The notes under the pieces were generated by a model. The model was given only the letters and a program-made list of their open reading frames with translations. It had not been told where the DNA came from and did no database searches. A stretch of DNA of 64,000 nt, taken from IMG/VR virus record IMGVR_UViG_3300020578_000064, positions 1,725 to 65,724 of that record. One strand, written 5' to 3'. Both the position numbers and the translations under genes were made by a program. This DNA is from a virus. Its lineage: Duplodnaviria; Caudoviricetes. Shown one piece after another: positions 1-10,461 of this stretch (positions are counted from its first letter, which is position 1; each line of letters starts with the position of its first letter).

Positions 1-1
1 C

Positions 2-187
2 AACGGGGACATGTGGCTGACGGTGAACCCGGTGCCCAACTTCTACATCTACGTCGTGCCGCCCAGCGGGCCGGCGTCATGGGTCTCCGCCACTAGCGGC
101 GGCGGCGTCACGGCGCTCCAGCCGGGGAACGGCGTGACCGCGAACGCCTCCAACGAGATTGACATCATCGACCAAGGACCCTTCTAA
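2..187 (+). CDS. 3' end of a tail-fibre-like protein (partial, starts before window)
   Basis: Open frame NGDMWLTVNPVPNFYIYV...IDIIDQGPF* ending TAA 185-187. GDMW and C-terminal DxGxF resemble fibre motifs of the neighbouring genes. Confidence 0.6.
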   Translation, partial: NGDMWLTVNPVPNFYIYVVPPSGPASWVSATSGGGVTALQPGNGVTANASNEIDIIDQGPF

Positions 188-193
188 CAAGCC

Positions 194-2275
194 ATGGCAG
201 TCAAGATTCAACACCTTCGCTCGGACGTAGCGAGCAAGAGGCCAACGGCCGCCGGCTTGCTGGCGGGCGAGGTCGCACTCAACATCGACAGCGGGACCCC
301 CGGGGCCTTCTTCAAGGACGAGAGCAACAACATCATTAAACTCGGCCCGACCGAGGTGGGCAGCTCGGCGCCGAACGCCACGCCCGCGTCGGGCGGCTCG
401 GCCGGCAACACGACCGGCGAGTTCTGGTACGACACCGCCAACACAGGCGGCAACAGCCAGGCCGCGCTGAAGATCTACAATGGCACCGCCTTCGCGTACG
501 TCGGCAAGGTGACGATCGGCAGCACGAGCGTCGAGCTCGGCGCCGCGGCCACCACGACCATCAGCGGCCTGAACACGCTGACCTCTGCGAGCCTCAACGC
601 GACGTCCGACATCGACCTGGAGAACCAGGCGGACCTGCGCTTCTTCGAGGCCACCGCCAACGGCTCGAACTACGTCGGGTTCCAGGCCCCCGCGAGCATC
701 GCCGGCGACGTCCTCTGGACCCTCCCGGCCGCGGACGGCTCCGCCGACCAGGTCCTGTCGACCAACGGCGCCGGCGTCCTGAGTTGGCAGGAGGCCCGCA
801 CCAACGACATCAGCCAGGGCAACAGCTCGGTGACGGTCACCGACACCGGCGCCAACGGCAACATCGCGTTCGTGACCGAGGGCACGACCGCCTGGAACAT
901 CAACAGCAGCGGGCACCTGGTCCCCGGCTCTGACTCCACGTTCAACATCGGGGCCAGCGGCACCGAGGTCGCCAACGCATACATCGACAACGTCTACCTG
1001 ACGAGCCTCACGGCCTCGGGCACCCTGACGCTGAACGGCGACGTCGACCTGGGTAATGCGACCTCAGACACCGTGACCTTCACGGGCCGGGTCGACTCGG
1101 CGATCAATCCATCGTCCGATAATGCTCAAACGCTCGGCACCGCGGCCCTGCGCTGGAGCGAAGTCCGCGCCGTTACTCTCTACGGAACCGTCAACGAGGT
1201 CACCGTCGTCAAGTCGATCACCGGCGACACGGGCACCGCGACGCCGACGTCCCAGACCTTCCAGATCTCCGGCGGCACCGGCCTGACGTCAACGGCCGGC
1301 AGCACGACCGTCACGATCAACCTGGACAACACCGCCGTCACCCCGGCGGCCTACGGCTCGGCCTCGTCCGTCGCGACCTTCACGGTCGACGCCCAGGGCA
1401 GGCTGACCGCCGCGGCCAACGCGACGATCGACATCCTGCACACGCAGGTCTCCGACTTCGACGCCGGCGTCCAGACGAACCGCCTCGACCAGATGGCGGC
1501 CCCGACCGCATCGGTCTCGCTGAACAGCCAGAAGATCACCAACCTGGCCGACCCGGCGTCCGCGCAGGACGCCGCGACGAAGAACTACGTCGACCAGGTC
1601 GCCCAGGGTCTCGACGTCAAGGCCTCGGTCCGCGCGGCCACCACGGCCAACATCACGCTGAGCGGCACCCAGACGGTCGACGGCGTGGCCCTCTCCGTCG
1701 ACGACCGCGTGCTGGTGAAGAACCAGAGCACGCAGTCCGGGAACGGCATCTACCTCGTGAAGGCCGGCGCGTGGGCGCGCTCCAGCGACGCCGACACGTG
1801 GGACGAGCTCGTCTCCGCGTTCGTGTTCGTCGAGAGCGGCTCGTCCAACGCCGACAACGGCTACGTCTGCACGGTCGACCCGGGCGGCACGCTGGGCACG
1901 ACGGCCGTGACCTGGGACCAGTTCTCCGGCGCGGGCCAGATCACCGCGGGCAACGGCCTGTCGAAGACCGGCAACACGCTCGACGTCAACGTCGACAGCG
2001 TCACGCTGGACATCGTCTCCGACAACCTCCAGATCAAGTCGACCTATGTCGGCCAGAGCAGCATCACGACTCTCGGCACGATCACGACCGGCACCTGGAA
2101 CGGCACGATCGTCGGGACGACCTACGGCGGAACCGGAGCGAACGGCTCCAGCGTCGCGGCCTCCCGCGCTCTGATGGCTCCCAACGGCTCGTCCGGCGCG
2201 GTGACCTACCGCGAGATCCTCACCAGCGACATCGCCCCGGTCACGGGAGGCAGCTTCGACGCCGGGACGTACTGA
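194..2275 (+). CDS. tail fibre protein
   Basis: 693 aa, Gly/Ser/Thr-rich. N-terminal IQHLRS...KRP...GEVALN...PGAFF...KLGP module, LRFFE..NYVGFQAP..WTLP repeat, KITNLADP..QDAATKNYVD and DVKASVRAATTANITLSG..VDGV..DRVLVKNQ fibre motifs. Confidence 0.8.
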   Translation: MAVKIQHLRSDVASKRPTAAGLLAGEVALNIDSGTPGAFFKDESNNIIKLGPTEVGSSAPNATPASGGSAGNTTGEFWYDTANTGGNSQAALKIYNGTAFAYVGKVTIGSTSVELGAAATTTISGLNTLTSASLNATSDIDLENQADLRFFEATANGSNYVGFQAPASIAGDVLWTLPAADGSADQVLSTNGAGVLSWQEARTNDISQGNSSVTVTDTGANGNIAFVTEGTTAWNINSSGHLVPGSDSTFNIGASGTEVANAYIDNVYLTSLTASGTLTLNGDVDLGNATSDTVTFTGRVDSAINPSSDNAQTLGTAALRWSEVRAVTLYGTVNEVTVVKSITGDTGTATPTSQTFQISGGTGLTSTAGSTTVTINLDNTAVTPAAYGSASSVATFTVDAQGRLTAAANATIDILHTQVSDFDAGVQTNRLDQMAAPTASVSLNSQKITNLADPASAQDAATKNYVDQVAQGLDVKASVRAATTANITLSGTQTVDGVALSVDDRVLVKNQSTQSGNGIYLVKAGAWARSSDADTWDELVSAFVFVESGSSNADNGYVCTVDPGGTLGTTAVTWDQFSGAGQITAGNGLSKTGNTLDVNVDSVTLDIVSDNLQIKSTYVGQSSITTLGTITTGTWNGTIVGTTYGGTGANGSSVAASRALMAPNGSSGAVTYREILTSDIAPVTGGSFDAGTY

Positions 2276-2297
2276 CGGGCCGGAGCACTTACAATCT

Positions 2298-2303
2298 GGG
2301 TAA
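2298..2303 (+). promoter_or_regulatory. GGGTAA motif, putative SigF-type promoter element (first copy; others listed in findings)
   Basis: Intergenic GGGTAAGTCAC; the same 11-mer recurs at 49785. Confidence 0.55.
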
Positions 2304-2310
2304 GTCACGG

Positions 2311-2334
2311 GGGAGCTAAATAGCTCCCTCTTTT
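2311..2334 (+). terminator. hairpin with short T-tract (possible intrinsic terminator)
   Basis: GGGAGCT-AAAT-AGCTCCC followed by TCTTTT, in an intergenic gap. Confidence 0.5.
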
Positions 2335-2359
2335 CGTAAGCCCCTACATAGGGCCAAGC

Positions 2360-3436
2360 ATGGCAGTAAACTTCCTGCTGAAGAGGTCGTCGGTGGCGAA
2401 CAAGCGCCCGACGGCAGCCCAGCTAGACATAGGCGAGCTCTCGCTGAACTACGACCAGGGTACTCCGGGTCTCTTCTTCGAGGACGACGCCGGCAACGTG
2501 CGCAAGATCGGGCCCACCGAGGTGGGCGGCACGGCGCCGAACGTCTCCCCGGCCGGGCAGTCCGGCAATAGTATTGGTGAAATGTGGCTCGACAACTCGG
2601 GCACGCATCTGCTAAAAATCTGGGACGGGTCAGCCTGGTACGTGGCGGGAGCCACAACGATCGGTTCCACCGCGATCAGCCTCGGCTCCTCGTCGACGAC
2701 GCTCACCGGCCTGACGTCGGTCACGTCGACGAACTACACGGTCTCGACCGCGATCGACCTGTCGAACCAGGCTGATCTGCGATTTTACGAGGCGACGGCG
2801 AACGGGGCCAACTACGTCGGATTCCAGGCCCCAGCCTCGATCGGCTCCGACGTCCTGTGGACGCTCCCGGCCACGGACGGGACATCCGGCCAAGTCTTAA
2901 AGACCGATGGCTCCGGGGCCCTGGGCTGGGTGAGTCCGGGTGCCGCCTCAGCTGGTGGCTCGAACACACAGGTTCAGTACAACAGCAGCGGGACCCTGGC
3001 CGGCTCGGCCAACTTCACCTTCGACGGGTCCAACGTCCAGATCGGCTCCCAGGGGGATCTGAGGCTAGCTGATTCGGACTCATCCCACTACGTGGCTCTG
3101 CAAGCGCCGGCTACCGTCACTTCCAGTATCACATTCACGCTGCCGGGGACTGACGGGACAAACGGGCAGGCCCTCATCACCAACGGCAGCGGCGTACTAA
3201 GCTTCACAGACGTCAGCAGCGATGTAGCGTATAGCAAGAAGGTCATCACCGCCTCGACGACTCTGTTCAGCGGGTACTACGCGGTCAGCTTCTATGAGGT
3301 AGACATAGACGCGGGGGTAATCGTTACGATCCCCGTTGATACAACCTGGACGGTCGACAACTTGGCTGACACAGGCGGCGGCGGCGGTGGAACCAGCACC
3401 GCTCTCACGGTCCAAGCATGGCTCGGAAGCCTCTAA
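2360..3436 (+). CDS. tail fibre protein (paralog of 194-2275)
   Basis: Same N-terminal KRP/GEL/PGLFF/KIGP module and two YV..QAP...TLP..DG repeats. Confidence 0.75.
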   Translation: MAVNFLLKRSSVANKRPTAAQLDIGELSLNYDQGTPGLFFEDDAGNVRKIGPTEVGGTAPNVSPAGQSGNSIGEMWLDNSGTHLLKIWDGSAWYVAGATTIGSTAISLGSSSTTLTGLTSVTSTNYTVSTAIDLSNQADLRFYEATANGANYVGFQAPASIGSDVLWTLPATDGTSGQVLKTDGSGALGWVSPGAASAGGSNTQVQYNSSGTLAGSANFTFDGSNVQIGSQGDLRLADSDSSHYVALQAPATVTSSITFTLPGTDGTNGQALITNGSGVLSFTDVSSDVAYSKKVITASTTLFSGYYAVSFYEVDIDAGVIVTIPVDTTWTVDNLADTGGGGGGTSTALTVQAWLGSL

Positions 3437-3448
3437 CCCTCTAAGAAC

Positions 3449-3700
3449 ATGGCATACGGAACACTCCGCGCGGACACCATCGAGAGCACCGCCGGCCTTA
3501 CGCTCACTCAGAGCGGCACAGGTAAAACCATAACACTCGCGGGTAACTTCACGACGTCCGGCGCCTACGCGTGCACCCTCACGCTGACCGCCGCGACTAA
3601 CGTGACCCTCCCGACAAGCGGCACCCTGGCCACTACAGCCCAGGTCTCCAGCACGGCCAAGGCCACCGCGATCGGCCTCGACTTCATCTTCGGATTCTGA
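3449..3700 (+). CDS. small virion/fibre-associated protein
   Basis: 83 aa; TLTAATNVTLPTSGTL motif shared with 4343-6064. Confidence 0.6.
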   Translation: MAYGTLRADTIESTAGLTLTQSGTGKTITLAGNFTTSGAYACTLTLTAATNVTLPTSGTLATTAQVSSTAKATAIGLDFIFGF

Positions 3701-3704
3701 CGCG

Positions 3705-4343
3705 ATGCCCACACAGGTACAGTTCAGGCGCGGCACCACCTCCGAGAACCTCGCCTTCGCGGGTGCTCCGGGGGAGGTCACCGTCGACACCACCCTCAAC
3801 ACGATCAGGGTGCACAACGGCGCGACGGCCGGGGGCTTCGAGCTGGCCTCTTGCGTGGCCACGCAGACCCTGTCCAACAAGGTGCTGCAGAGCCCGCTGA
3901 TGTACACCCCGTCCGTCACCGGTGACGGGATGAACTTCCAGGGCTCGACCAGCGGAGTCATGCGCCTCAAGGCCCAGGCCGTGACGAGCACCGCGGTGAC
4001 GCTCCTGCCCGCTGACGGCGGCACGCTGCTGTCGACCGGATCGGTCGGGCTCGTGACGAGCTCGATGATCCAGGACCAGACGATCGTCAACGATGACATC
4101 AGCCTGACCGCCGCCATCGCCTCGTCGAAGATCAACTTCAACAGCGACGTCCTGCCAGCGACCGACAACGCGTTCAACCTGGGCTCGCCGGCGAAGAGGT
4201 TCGCCAACGTCTACACGGGCGACCTCCACCTCCGGAACGAGCGCGGCGACTGGACGATCGTGGAGGAGGAGAGCGCGCTCACGATCCGCAACAACAAGAC
4301 CGGCAAGCGCTACGAATTCATGCTCAAGGAGATCGAGGACTGA
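3705..4343 (+). CDS. tail fibre protein with Mtd-N-like N-terminus
   Basis: MPTQVQFRRGTT...GAPGEVTVDT..TIRVHNG.TAGG N-terminus; C-terminal ANVYTGDLHLRNERGDWT module. Confidence 0.75.
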   Translation: MPTQVQFRRGTTSENLAFAGAPGEVTVDTTLNTIRVHNGATAGGFELASCVATQTLSNKVLQSPLMYTPSVTGDGMNFQGSTSGVMRLKAQAVTSTAVTLLPADGGTLLSTGSVGLVTSSMIQDQTIVNDDISLTAAIASSKINFNSDVLPATDNAFNLGSPAKRFANVYTGDLHLRNERGDWTIVEEESALTIRNNKTGKRYEFMLKEIED

Positions 4344-6064
4344 TGGCGAACCGATTCCCCCTCACGCTGGACCCCCAGGCCCAGCAGATCCGTGAGATCT
4401 CGGTCGGAGACAGCCTCGACCTGACCGGCAACACCCTGTCGTCCGACCTGATCCCGCTCGCCGGCAACACCTACAGCCTCGGCGGCCTCGGGTTCCAGTG
4501 GCTGGACATGCACGCCCAGAACATCTACGGGATGCTCCAGACCGGCTCCCAGCCCGTCATCTTCGAGGTCGGCACGATCAGCGCTGGCCAGTGGCAGGGC
4601 AGCGTCGTCGACACGCAGTACGGCGGGACCGGCGGGGCGATCGTGCCGGCGGCCGGCGGAGTCGTGTACTCGACCGCGTCGCAGCTGAGCGTGGCGCCGG
4701 CCGGCGCGGGCGGGCAGGTCCTGCGGTCCAACGGCATCTCCGCTCCTTCCTGGACTAGCTCGCTAAACCTAACCGACCTGACGATCTCGTCCTCGCTCGA
4801 CATGCTCGACCGGCAGTCGATCAGGTTCTACGAGGGCGGCGGCGGCCCGAACTACGTCGCGCTCCGCGCGCCGCTGACGCTCGCCGGCGACTACACGCTC
4901 AACCTCCCCGCCTCTGACGGCACCTCGGGGCAGGTGCTGGTGACCGATGGCTCCGGCAATCTCGGGTGGGCGGGCAATGCCGGCTCCTTCATTGCGGAGG
5001 GCGATTCTGAGGTGCGGGTCTCGGACCCGTCCTCGGCTCCGAGCGGGATGATCAGTTTTAAGACCGACGGGGTCACGCGCTGGGAGTTCATAACCTCGGG
5101 GGACCTGATCCCGTCGACCGCTAGCGTCTACGACATAGGGCAGCCCGCCCAAAGGGTGTCCAACGTGTACGCCGACAGCTTTATCGGCACCCTGCTGACG
5201 GCCTCGCAGACCAATATCACGACCCTCGGCACGATCACCGGGGGCACCTGGCAAGCAGGCATCATCGACCCGCTGTATGGCGGGACCGGGGTAGCTAACC
5301 CCTCGGGACGGACGATCACCCTCGGCGGCTCGATCGTCACCTCCAGCGCTTTCCAGACCTCCGGGAACTTCGGGATCACCCTGACGGCGACCGGCGCGAC
5401 TAACGTCACGCTCCCCACGAGCGGCACGCTCGTGTCCTCGTCGGTGACCTCGCTGACGAGCCTCCAGACCGTGGGCACGCTACTCTCCCTCACGGTCAGC
5501 GGCAGCGCGAACTTCCAGGCTGATACGACGATCGGCTCATCACCGGCGAACACCCTGACGCTGAACTCGAGGGTTGGCACGGACATCGTACCCAGCGCGG
5601 ACAACACCAAGGATCTAGGTGCGGCTGGCTACCGCTTCGCCGAGGTCTACGGGGCGCTCGCCTACATCAACGAGGTGCGTCTGCCCGACCAGGGCGTCGT
5701 GAAATTCTACGAGGACGACACGCAGGGCTCCGACTACGTTGGCTTCCAGGCCGGCTCCAACCTGACGAGCACCGTCGTCTGGACCCTCCCCAACGGCGAT
5801 GGCAACGCCGGCACGGTGCTCAAGACCGACGGGGTTGGCGTCCTCACGTTCTCCAACTCCACCCGCGATTGGCTGCCCGAGGCCGACAACACGTACAACC
5901 TGGGCAGCGCCACCAACCGCTGGGCCAACGTGTACACCGGCGACCTCCACCTCAAGAACGACAGGGGCGACTGGACCCTGATCGAGGAGGAGGACGCCCT
6001 GACGATCAGGAACAATAAGACCGGCAAGGTGTTCAACATCATGATGACCCCGAGGGAGGCCTGA
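4343..6064 (+). CDS. tail fibre protein
   Basis: 573 aa; D.IP..DN.YxLG repeats, two RFYE/KFYE..YV..TLP repeats, C-terminal YTGDLHLKNDRGDWT module; TGATG coupling with neighbours. Confidence 0.75.
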   Translation: MANRFPLTLDPQAQQIREISVGDSLDLTGNTLSSDLIPLAGNTYSLGGLGFQWLDMHAQNIYGMLQTGSQPVIFEVGTISAGQWQGSVVDTQYGGTGGAIVPAAGGVVYSTASQLSVAPAGAGGQVLRSNGISAPSWTSSLNLTDLTISSSLDMLDRQSIRFYEGGGGPNYVALRAPLTLAGDYTLNLPASDGTSGQVLVTDGSGNLGWAGNAGSFIAEGDSEVRVSDPSSAPSGMISFKTDGVTRWEFITSGDLIPSTASVYDIGQPAQRVSNVYADSFIGTLLTASQTNITTLGTITGGTWQAGIIDPLYGGTGVANPSGRTITLGGSIVTSSAFQTSGNFGITLTATGATNVTLPTSGTLVSSSVTSLTSLQTVGTLLSLTVSGSANFQADTTIGSSPANTLTLNSRVGTDIVPSADNTKDLGAAGYRFAEVYGALAYINEVRLPDQGVVKFYEDDTQGSDYVGFQAGSNLTSTVVWTLPNGDGNAGTVLKTDGVGVLTFSNSTRDWLPEADNTYNLGSATNRWANVYTGDLHLKNDRGDWTLIEEEDALTIRNNKTGKVFNIMMTPREA

Positions 6065-7245
6065 TGCTACTCGACTCCATCACGCGGATCGAGCAGTTCA
6101 TGACGAACGCGCTCCTGTCCTCGCCGCTCGTGCCGCTTGGGGTCAACGTCGTCCGCCTGGCCGACGTCTCTGACGAGGAGGGCATCCTCCAGATGGTCAA
6201 CTCGATGGTCGTGCGCTACACGGACTCGAGCGTGAACGTCGTGAGCAGGGCGCCGCTGGCGATGGAACGCAGCCTGAACTTCGAGATCAATATCGCCTGC
6301 CAGAGCTACCTGAGCAACTCGGGGCACGACTTCGCCGTGCAGCTGCTGGCGGCGGCGCACGAGACGCTGATCAACCAGGTCCCGTGTGCGACCGGCCTCG
6401 AGGTGCTCGAGCCGTTCGTGATGACGAGCGAGCAGTTCACCGGCCTCACCGACTCGACGCACTACACCTACACGCAGCGCTGGACGCTGACGATCCAGGA
6501 CTACTACCGCGGCATCGCCCTCGACCCGTGCGTCGCGAAGGGCAACTGCAGTAAGCTATTCCCGGCGAACCTGACCCAGCGGCTGCTCCCGGGGGAATTC
6601 CTGGCCGACGGGCGCATCACGGCGCCGGTGCTTCCGCCGCCGAACGAGTCGATCAGCTACGACAAGGACTACGCCGGCGTCGAGCTCAACGAGTCCGGCG
6701 ACCTCGTCTACAAGTGGGACCCGGAGAAGGTGTTCATGACGGCGGGCGAGGTCGCCAACTGCGAGATCGTCTACACCGGCACCACCGACGAGTCCGGCCA
6801 GTTCTACATCTTCAACCTCAGGTGCGGCGGGGAGTTCGTGCGGTTCTTCTTCGGCGCGGACACGGGCAAGCGAATCATGCAGCTCCCCGGCACGCTGTAC
6901 AGGTCGCCGAACCAGCGGGTCTCGCTCGAGCGCGTGTCGGAGCCGGGGGAGGGCATCGTCCCGATCAAGCAGATGCCGCGGAACGGCTACGGCTATGTAG
7001 TGGCGACCAAGACCTACATCTACAAGGACCCGACAGATACCGACGCCATCGCGATCCTCGTCGCGAACGGCGACCTGTTCCCCACCGAGGAGGGCACCGT
7101 ACTCAGCACGGGCTCCGCATCGTATTATCGCATCGGTGGCACACCGATCGGGCAAGCGTGGATCGACGTCAGGGACTTCAGGTTGCTCAACCCGCGCGAG
7201 TACCTGCCGCAGATCGACCGGGACGGCCCGGAGATCTCCGAGTAG
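6064..7245 (+). CDS. hypothetical structural protein (N-terminus possibly tail-terminator-like)
   Basis: 393 aa, translationally coupled to the fibre gene. The function is a guess from context. Confidence 0.5.
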   Translation: MLLDSITRIEQFMTNALLSSPLVPLGVNVVRLADVSDEEGILQMVNSMVVRYTDSSVNVVSRAPLAMERSLNFEINIACQSYLSNSGHDFAVQLLAAAHETLINQVPCATGLEVLEPFVMTSEQFTGLTDSTHYTYTQRWTLTIQDYYRGIALDPCVAKGNCSKLFPANLTQRLLPGEFLADGRITAPVLPPPNESISYDKDYAGVELNESGDLVYKWDPEKVFMTAGEVANCEIVYTGTTDESGQFYIFNLRCGGEFVRFFFGADTGKRIMQLPGTLYRSPNQRVSLERVSEPGEGIVPIKQMPRNGYGYVVATKTYIYKDPTDTDAIAILVANGDLFPTEEGTVLSTGSASYYRIGGTPIGQAWIDVRDFRLLNPREYLPQIDRDGPEISE

Positions 7246-7259
7246 GGTAAGAGCCGTCG

Positions 7260-7475
7260 ATGAGGACTGTTGCGCTAGTGGATCTGTCAGATCTCAGCAG
7301 CGAGGTGGACCCCAGGCGCTACAGGCGCATGCGGCGGACGCACATCAACATGCTGGCGTCGGAGGTCCCCGAGTCGTTCCTCCTCCGCTTCGAGAGCGAG
7401 GAGACGGCGCTCGAGGAGCTGCTCGACGCCATCTACGGTACAATGGAGGCCGAGGACGATGAACAACGGGCGTGA
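7260..7475 (+). CDS. hypothetical protein
   Basis: 71 aa with typical codon usage; preceded by GGGTAA at 7245. Confidence 0.6.
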   Translation: MRTVALVDLSDLSSEVDPRRYRRMRRTHINMLASEVPESFLLRFESEETALEELLDAIYGTMEAEDDEQRA

Positions 7476-7644
7476 CATCCTCTGGAAGGAGTACTACGCC
7501 GCGGTGAAGGCCGGCAACGCCGACCGGGCCGCGCTGATCCTCAGGAAACTACACTCCGGCCCGACCCAGTCCCACGGGTCGGCGTACTCGCCCAACGGGG
7601 CGGTCCAGCCGGGCGGATGCAAACGATGCAGGAGGTCGATGTGA
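7459..7644 (+). CDS. hypothetical protein with C-terminal CxxC
   Basis: 61 aa, overlaps neighbours in an operon-like arrangement; ends CKRCRRSM. Confidence 0.55.
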   Translation: MNNGRDILWKEYYAAVKAGNADRAALILRKLHSGPTQSHGSAYSPNGAVQPGGCKRCRRSM

Positions 7645-7937
7645 CAGAGGGACGCAACGAGCGGATCGTCGAGCAGAAGAGCAAGCTCGCGGAAAAAGTC
7701 CTCAAGGTGGCCGAGCAGGCACTCGGGGACATCGAGGCCACGATGGGCGAGGCGCCCATCCGCGACCTGATCAGCATCTTCAACAGCTCGATCAAGGTCC
7801 ACCGCGACCTGATGAGCGACATCGTCGCCATCCAGGAGATCGAGACCAAGGCCGAGAAGGAGCTGGCGAAGGACCGGGAGTACACCTCCAAGGTCGACGA
7901 CCTGCTCAAGAAGCTGGGCCAGGGCAAGCAGGAATGA
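7641..7937 (+). CDS. putative terminase small subunit
   Basis: Helical ~98-aa protein directly upstream of TerL with ATGA overlap; GTG start at 7641 after GGAGG. Confidence 0.5.
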   Translation: MTEGRNERIVEQKSKLAEKVLKVAEQALGDIEATMGEAPIRDLISIFNSSIKVHRDLMSDIVAIQEIETKAEKELAKDREYTSKVDDLLKKLGQGKQE

Positions 7938-9619
7938 GGCCCATCATCACCCACGCGTCGCAGCTGGAGGAGCACTCGAGCTGGCGCGTGTACAAGCGCG
8001 GCCTGCGCGAGCTCGAGCTCATGGAGGCGCCTAAGAGCGTGCTGCAGGAGTTCAGGTTCCGCGCGGCGCGCTCTTGCTTTCTGGCGTTCGCCGACATCAT
8101 GCTCGACGGCAAGCTCCAGGTCGCCGACTTCCACGAGATCATCGGGTCGGCGTTCGAGGACGTGGCCCAGCTCAGGTACCAGAGGCTGATCGTCAGCTGC
8201 GCGCCGCGATCCGGCAAGTCGATGCTCGCGCAGCTGTTCGTCGCGTGGCTCCTCGGCCACGACGAGCAGACGCAGCACATCATCGCGTCGTACGGCCAGC
8301 AGCTGTCGAACAAGTTCAACCGCGGGATCAACGGCTATCTGCGGCACAAGAACTTCGTCAGGATCTTCCCGGAGTGGTCCGGCTTCCACGCGGACTCGAA
8401 GTACGACATGAAGGGCGGCGGGTACATCCTCGCGACGTCCGTCGGCGGGGTGCTGACCGGCTTCACCGCCGGCACGCCGCACGAGGACAGCCCGGGCGTC
8501 GGCGCGATGGTGATCGACGACCCGCTGAAGGGATCGGACTCCCGCGCCGCGTTCGAGGAGCTCGAGGACTGGTGGGGCGAGCAGGCCTCCACCCGGCGCA
8601 CCAACCGCTGGGCCCAGCTGATCATCGGCACCCGGTTCGGCGAGAAGGACCTCCACGGCATCCTGATGGACGGCGACGGCCTGTGGGACCCGGAGGACAA
8701 CCCGCGCGGGTGGCGGTGGGTGAACATCGAGGCCCTCTGCGAGAACGAGGCCACGGACCTCCTCGGCAGGCGCAACGGCGAGTCGCACTGGCCCGGCAAC
8801 GGGACGTTCACGGTCGACATGCTCCTCTCGCAGAAGAGGATCATGGGCTCCGACAAGTTCTCGGCGCTCTACCAGGGCAGGCCCGCGGCGCAGGAGGGCT
8901 CGATCGTCAAGGCGGGTTGGATCAGCGTGAGGGCGCCCGGGGACTGCCCGGAGTTCGACGTCACCTACCTGTCGCTCGACACGGCGTTCTCCGAGAAGCA
9001 GAGCGCGGACGAGAGCGTGATCGCCGTGATGGGCTACTCGCGGGCCGACAAGGACAGCATCTACGTGCGCGAGATCATCAGCGGGCGGTGGGGCTTCCCT
9101 GACCTGCTGGCGATGCTCGAGCAGACCAGGAAGTACTACGGCGCGAGATTCCTCACGATCGAGCAGGCGGCCAGCGGCCAGTCGCTGATCCAGATGCTCG
9201 AGAGGGAGAGCAAGATCCACATCCACGGCTTCAAGCCGCTCAGGTCCAAGACGATACGCCTCCAGACCGTGTCGCCCCTGTGGGAGGCCGGCAGGGTGCA
9301 CCTCGTCGAGGGCGCGTGGACGCAGGACTTCATCAAGGAGCTCACGGCCTTCCCGTTCGTGCCGCACGACGACCGGACCGACGCGGTCGTCTGGGGGCTC
9401 ACGTACTACATGTTCCACCTCGACGGCGGCACCTCTGGCGACACGCTCCAGGCGATCGTCGGGGCGAGGGGCAAGTCGGCGGGCAGGGGGCACGTGACGC
9501 GGGACTTCTCCGAGCTGAAGGGCGGCAAGCGCGAGCTGCTGTCGTACGGCGAGAGGTCGCTGTACTTCGGGAAGGGCGGCAAGCGCGGCGGGCTTACGTT
9601 CGACACCGGCATGGACTAG
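7934..9619 (+). CDS. terL: terminase large subunit
   Basis: Walker A APRSGKS, Walker B MVIDDP, IIGTRF motif III, LYQGRP linker, RNase H-like SLDTA...IEQAASG...HDDRTDA. Confidence 0.92.
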   Translation: MRPIITHASQLEEHSSWRVYKRGLRELELMEAPKSVLQEFRFRAARSCFLAFADIMLDGKLQVADFHEIIGSAFEDVAQLRYQRLIVSCAPRSGKSMLAQLFVAWLLGHDEQTQHIIASYGQQLSNKFNRGINGYLRHKNFVRIFPEWSGFHADSKYDMKGGGYILATSVGGVLTGFTAGTPHEDSPGVGAMVIDDPLKGSDSRAAFEELEDWWGEQASTRRTNRWAQLIIGTRFGEKDLHGILMDGDGLWDPEDNPRGWRWVNIEALCENEATDLLGRRNGESHWPGNGTFTVDMLLSQKRIMGSDKFSALYQGRPAAQEGSIVKAGWISVRAPGDCPEFDVTYLSLDTAFSEKQSADESVIAVMGYSRADKDSIYVREIISGRWGFPDLLAMLEQTRKYYGARFLTIEQAASGQSLIQMLERESKIHIHGFKPLRSKTIRLQTVSPLWEAGRVHLVEGAWTQDFIKELTAFPFVPHDDRTDAVVWGLTYYMFHLDGGTSGDTLQAIVGARGKSAGRGHVTRDFSELKGGKRELLSYGERSLYFGKGGKRGGLTFDTGMD

Positions 9620-9660
9620 CCGCCGGGTAAGACCGCCGCTGGACTCCGAACAGGGGAGCC

Positions 9661-10461
9661 ATGTATGGCACAGACCAAGGGGGTGATCCGCATGATCGCC
9701 TAGAGTTCGTCCTAGTCGAATCTCGAACCTTTGTCGCGAACAACCTAATGCCAACCGCAAGAGAGAAACGCAAAGTACGGCGCCAGATGGAAGACGTCGT
9801 CCACCGCGAGCGCGGTATGGACCTCACCCCCTTCAGGGCTATGACCTGGAGGCAGGACGAGTTCTGGAACACGATGGGCAAGAACGCCGTCACGCTGGCC
9901 CACGGCCACGCCGGCACCGGGAAGACCCTCCTGGCCCTGTGGAAAGGAATGACGCTCGTCCAGCAGGGGGAGGTGGAGAGAGTGGTCTACATCCGGAGCG
10001 ATGTGGGCGTGGAATTCCAACGTGGCCGGGGCGCGCTGCCCGGCGACTTCAACGAGAAGGTGAGGCCGCTGCTCGGCCCGGTGCTCGACAACCTGCCCGT
10101 CATGATGCGCAACCAGGGCGCCGCGGACTACGTGATCTCGAAGGGGATCATCGAGCCCGTGCTGCTCGAGGACGTCCGCGGGAGGTCCTTCAACGACTGC
10201 TTCATCGTGGTCGACGAGGCGCAGAACATGCTCCCGTCCCACGTCAAGACGTGCCTGACCCGGCTGGGGCAGGAGTCGCGGATGGCGATCGTTGGGGACA
10301 CCAAGCAGTCCGACCTGGAGGTGTTCCGCCGGGACAACGGGCTGCTCGACGCCGTGTACCGCCTCAGGGACATGCGCGACGTTGGCATCGTCCAGTTCGA
10401 GAAGGAGGACATAGTGAGAAACTCGGTGATCGCGCACATCCTCGACAGATACGATGACTAG
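9661..10461 (+). CDS. phoH: PhoH family ATPase
   Basis: GHAGTGKT, GALPGD..EK, RGRSF...IVVDEAQN, LTRLG, GDTKQSD, DIVRN. Alternative start at 9748. Confidence 0.93.
   Translation: MYGTDQGGDPHDRLEFVLVESRTFVANNLMPTAREKRKVRRQMEDVVHRERGMDLTPFRAMTWRQDEFWNTMGKNAVTLAHGHAGTGKTLLALWKGMTLVQQGEVERVVYIRSDVGVEFQRGRGALPGDFNEKVRPLLGPVLDNLPVMMRNQGAADYVISKGIIEPVLLEDVRGRSFNDCFIVVDEAQNMLPSHVKTCLTRLGQESRMAIVGDTKQSDLEVFRRDNGLLDAVYRLRDMRDVGIVQFEKEDIVRNSVIAHILDRYDD

Noticed and set aside
2317-2322. TAAATA resembling a T4 late promoter
   Set aside because: A single partial match inside a hairpin; TATAAATA was not seen recurring upstream of structural genes.
7459-7644. Weak likeness (Y.AA..AG....A..IL) to the kinase-partner small proteins
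   Set aside because: It lacks the KVS.DE..A.AY C-terminus and is not next to a kinase; probably a generic helical hairpin.
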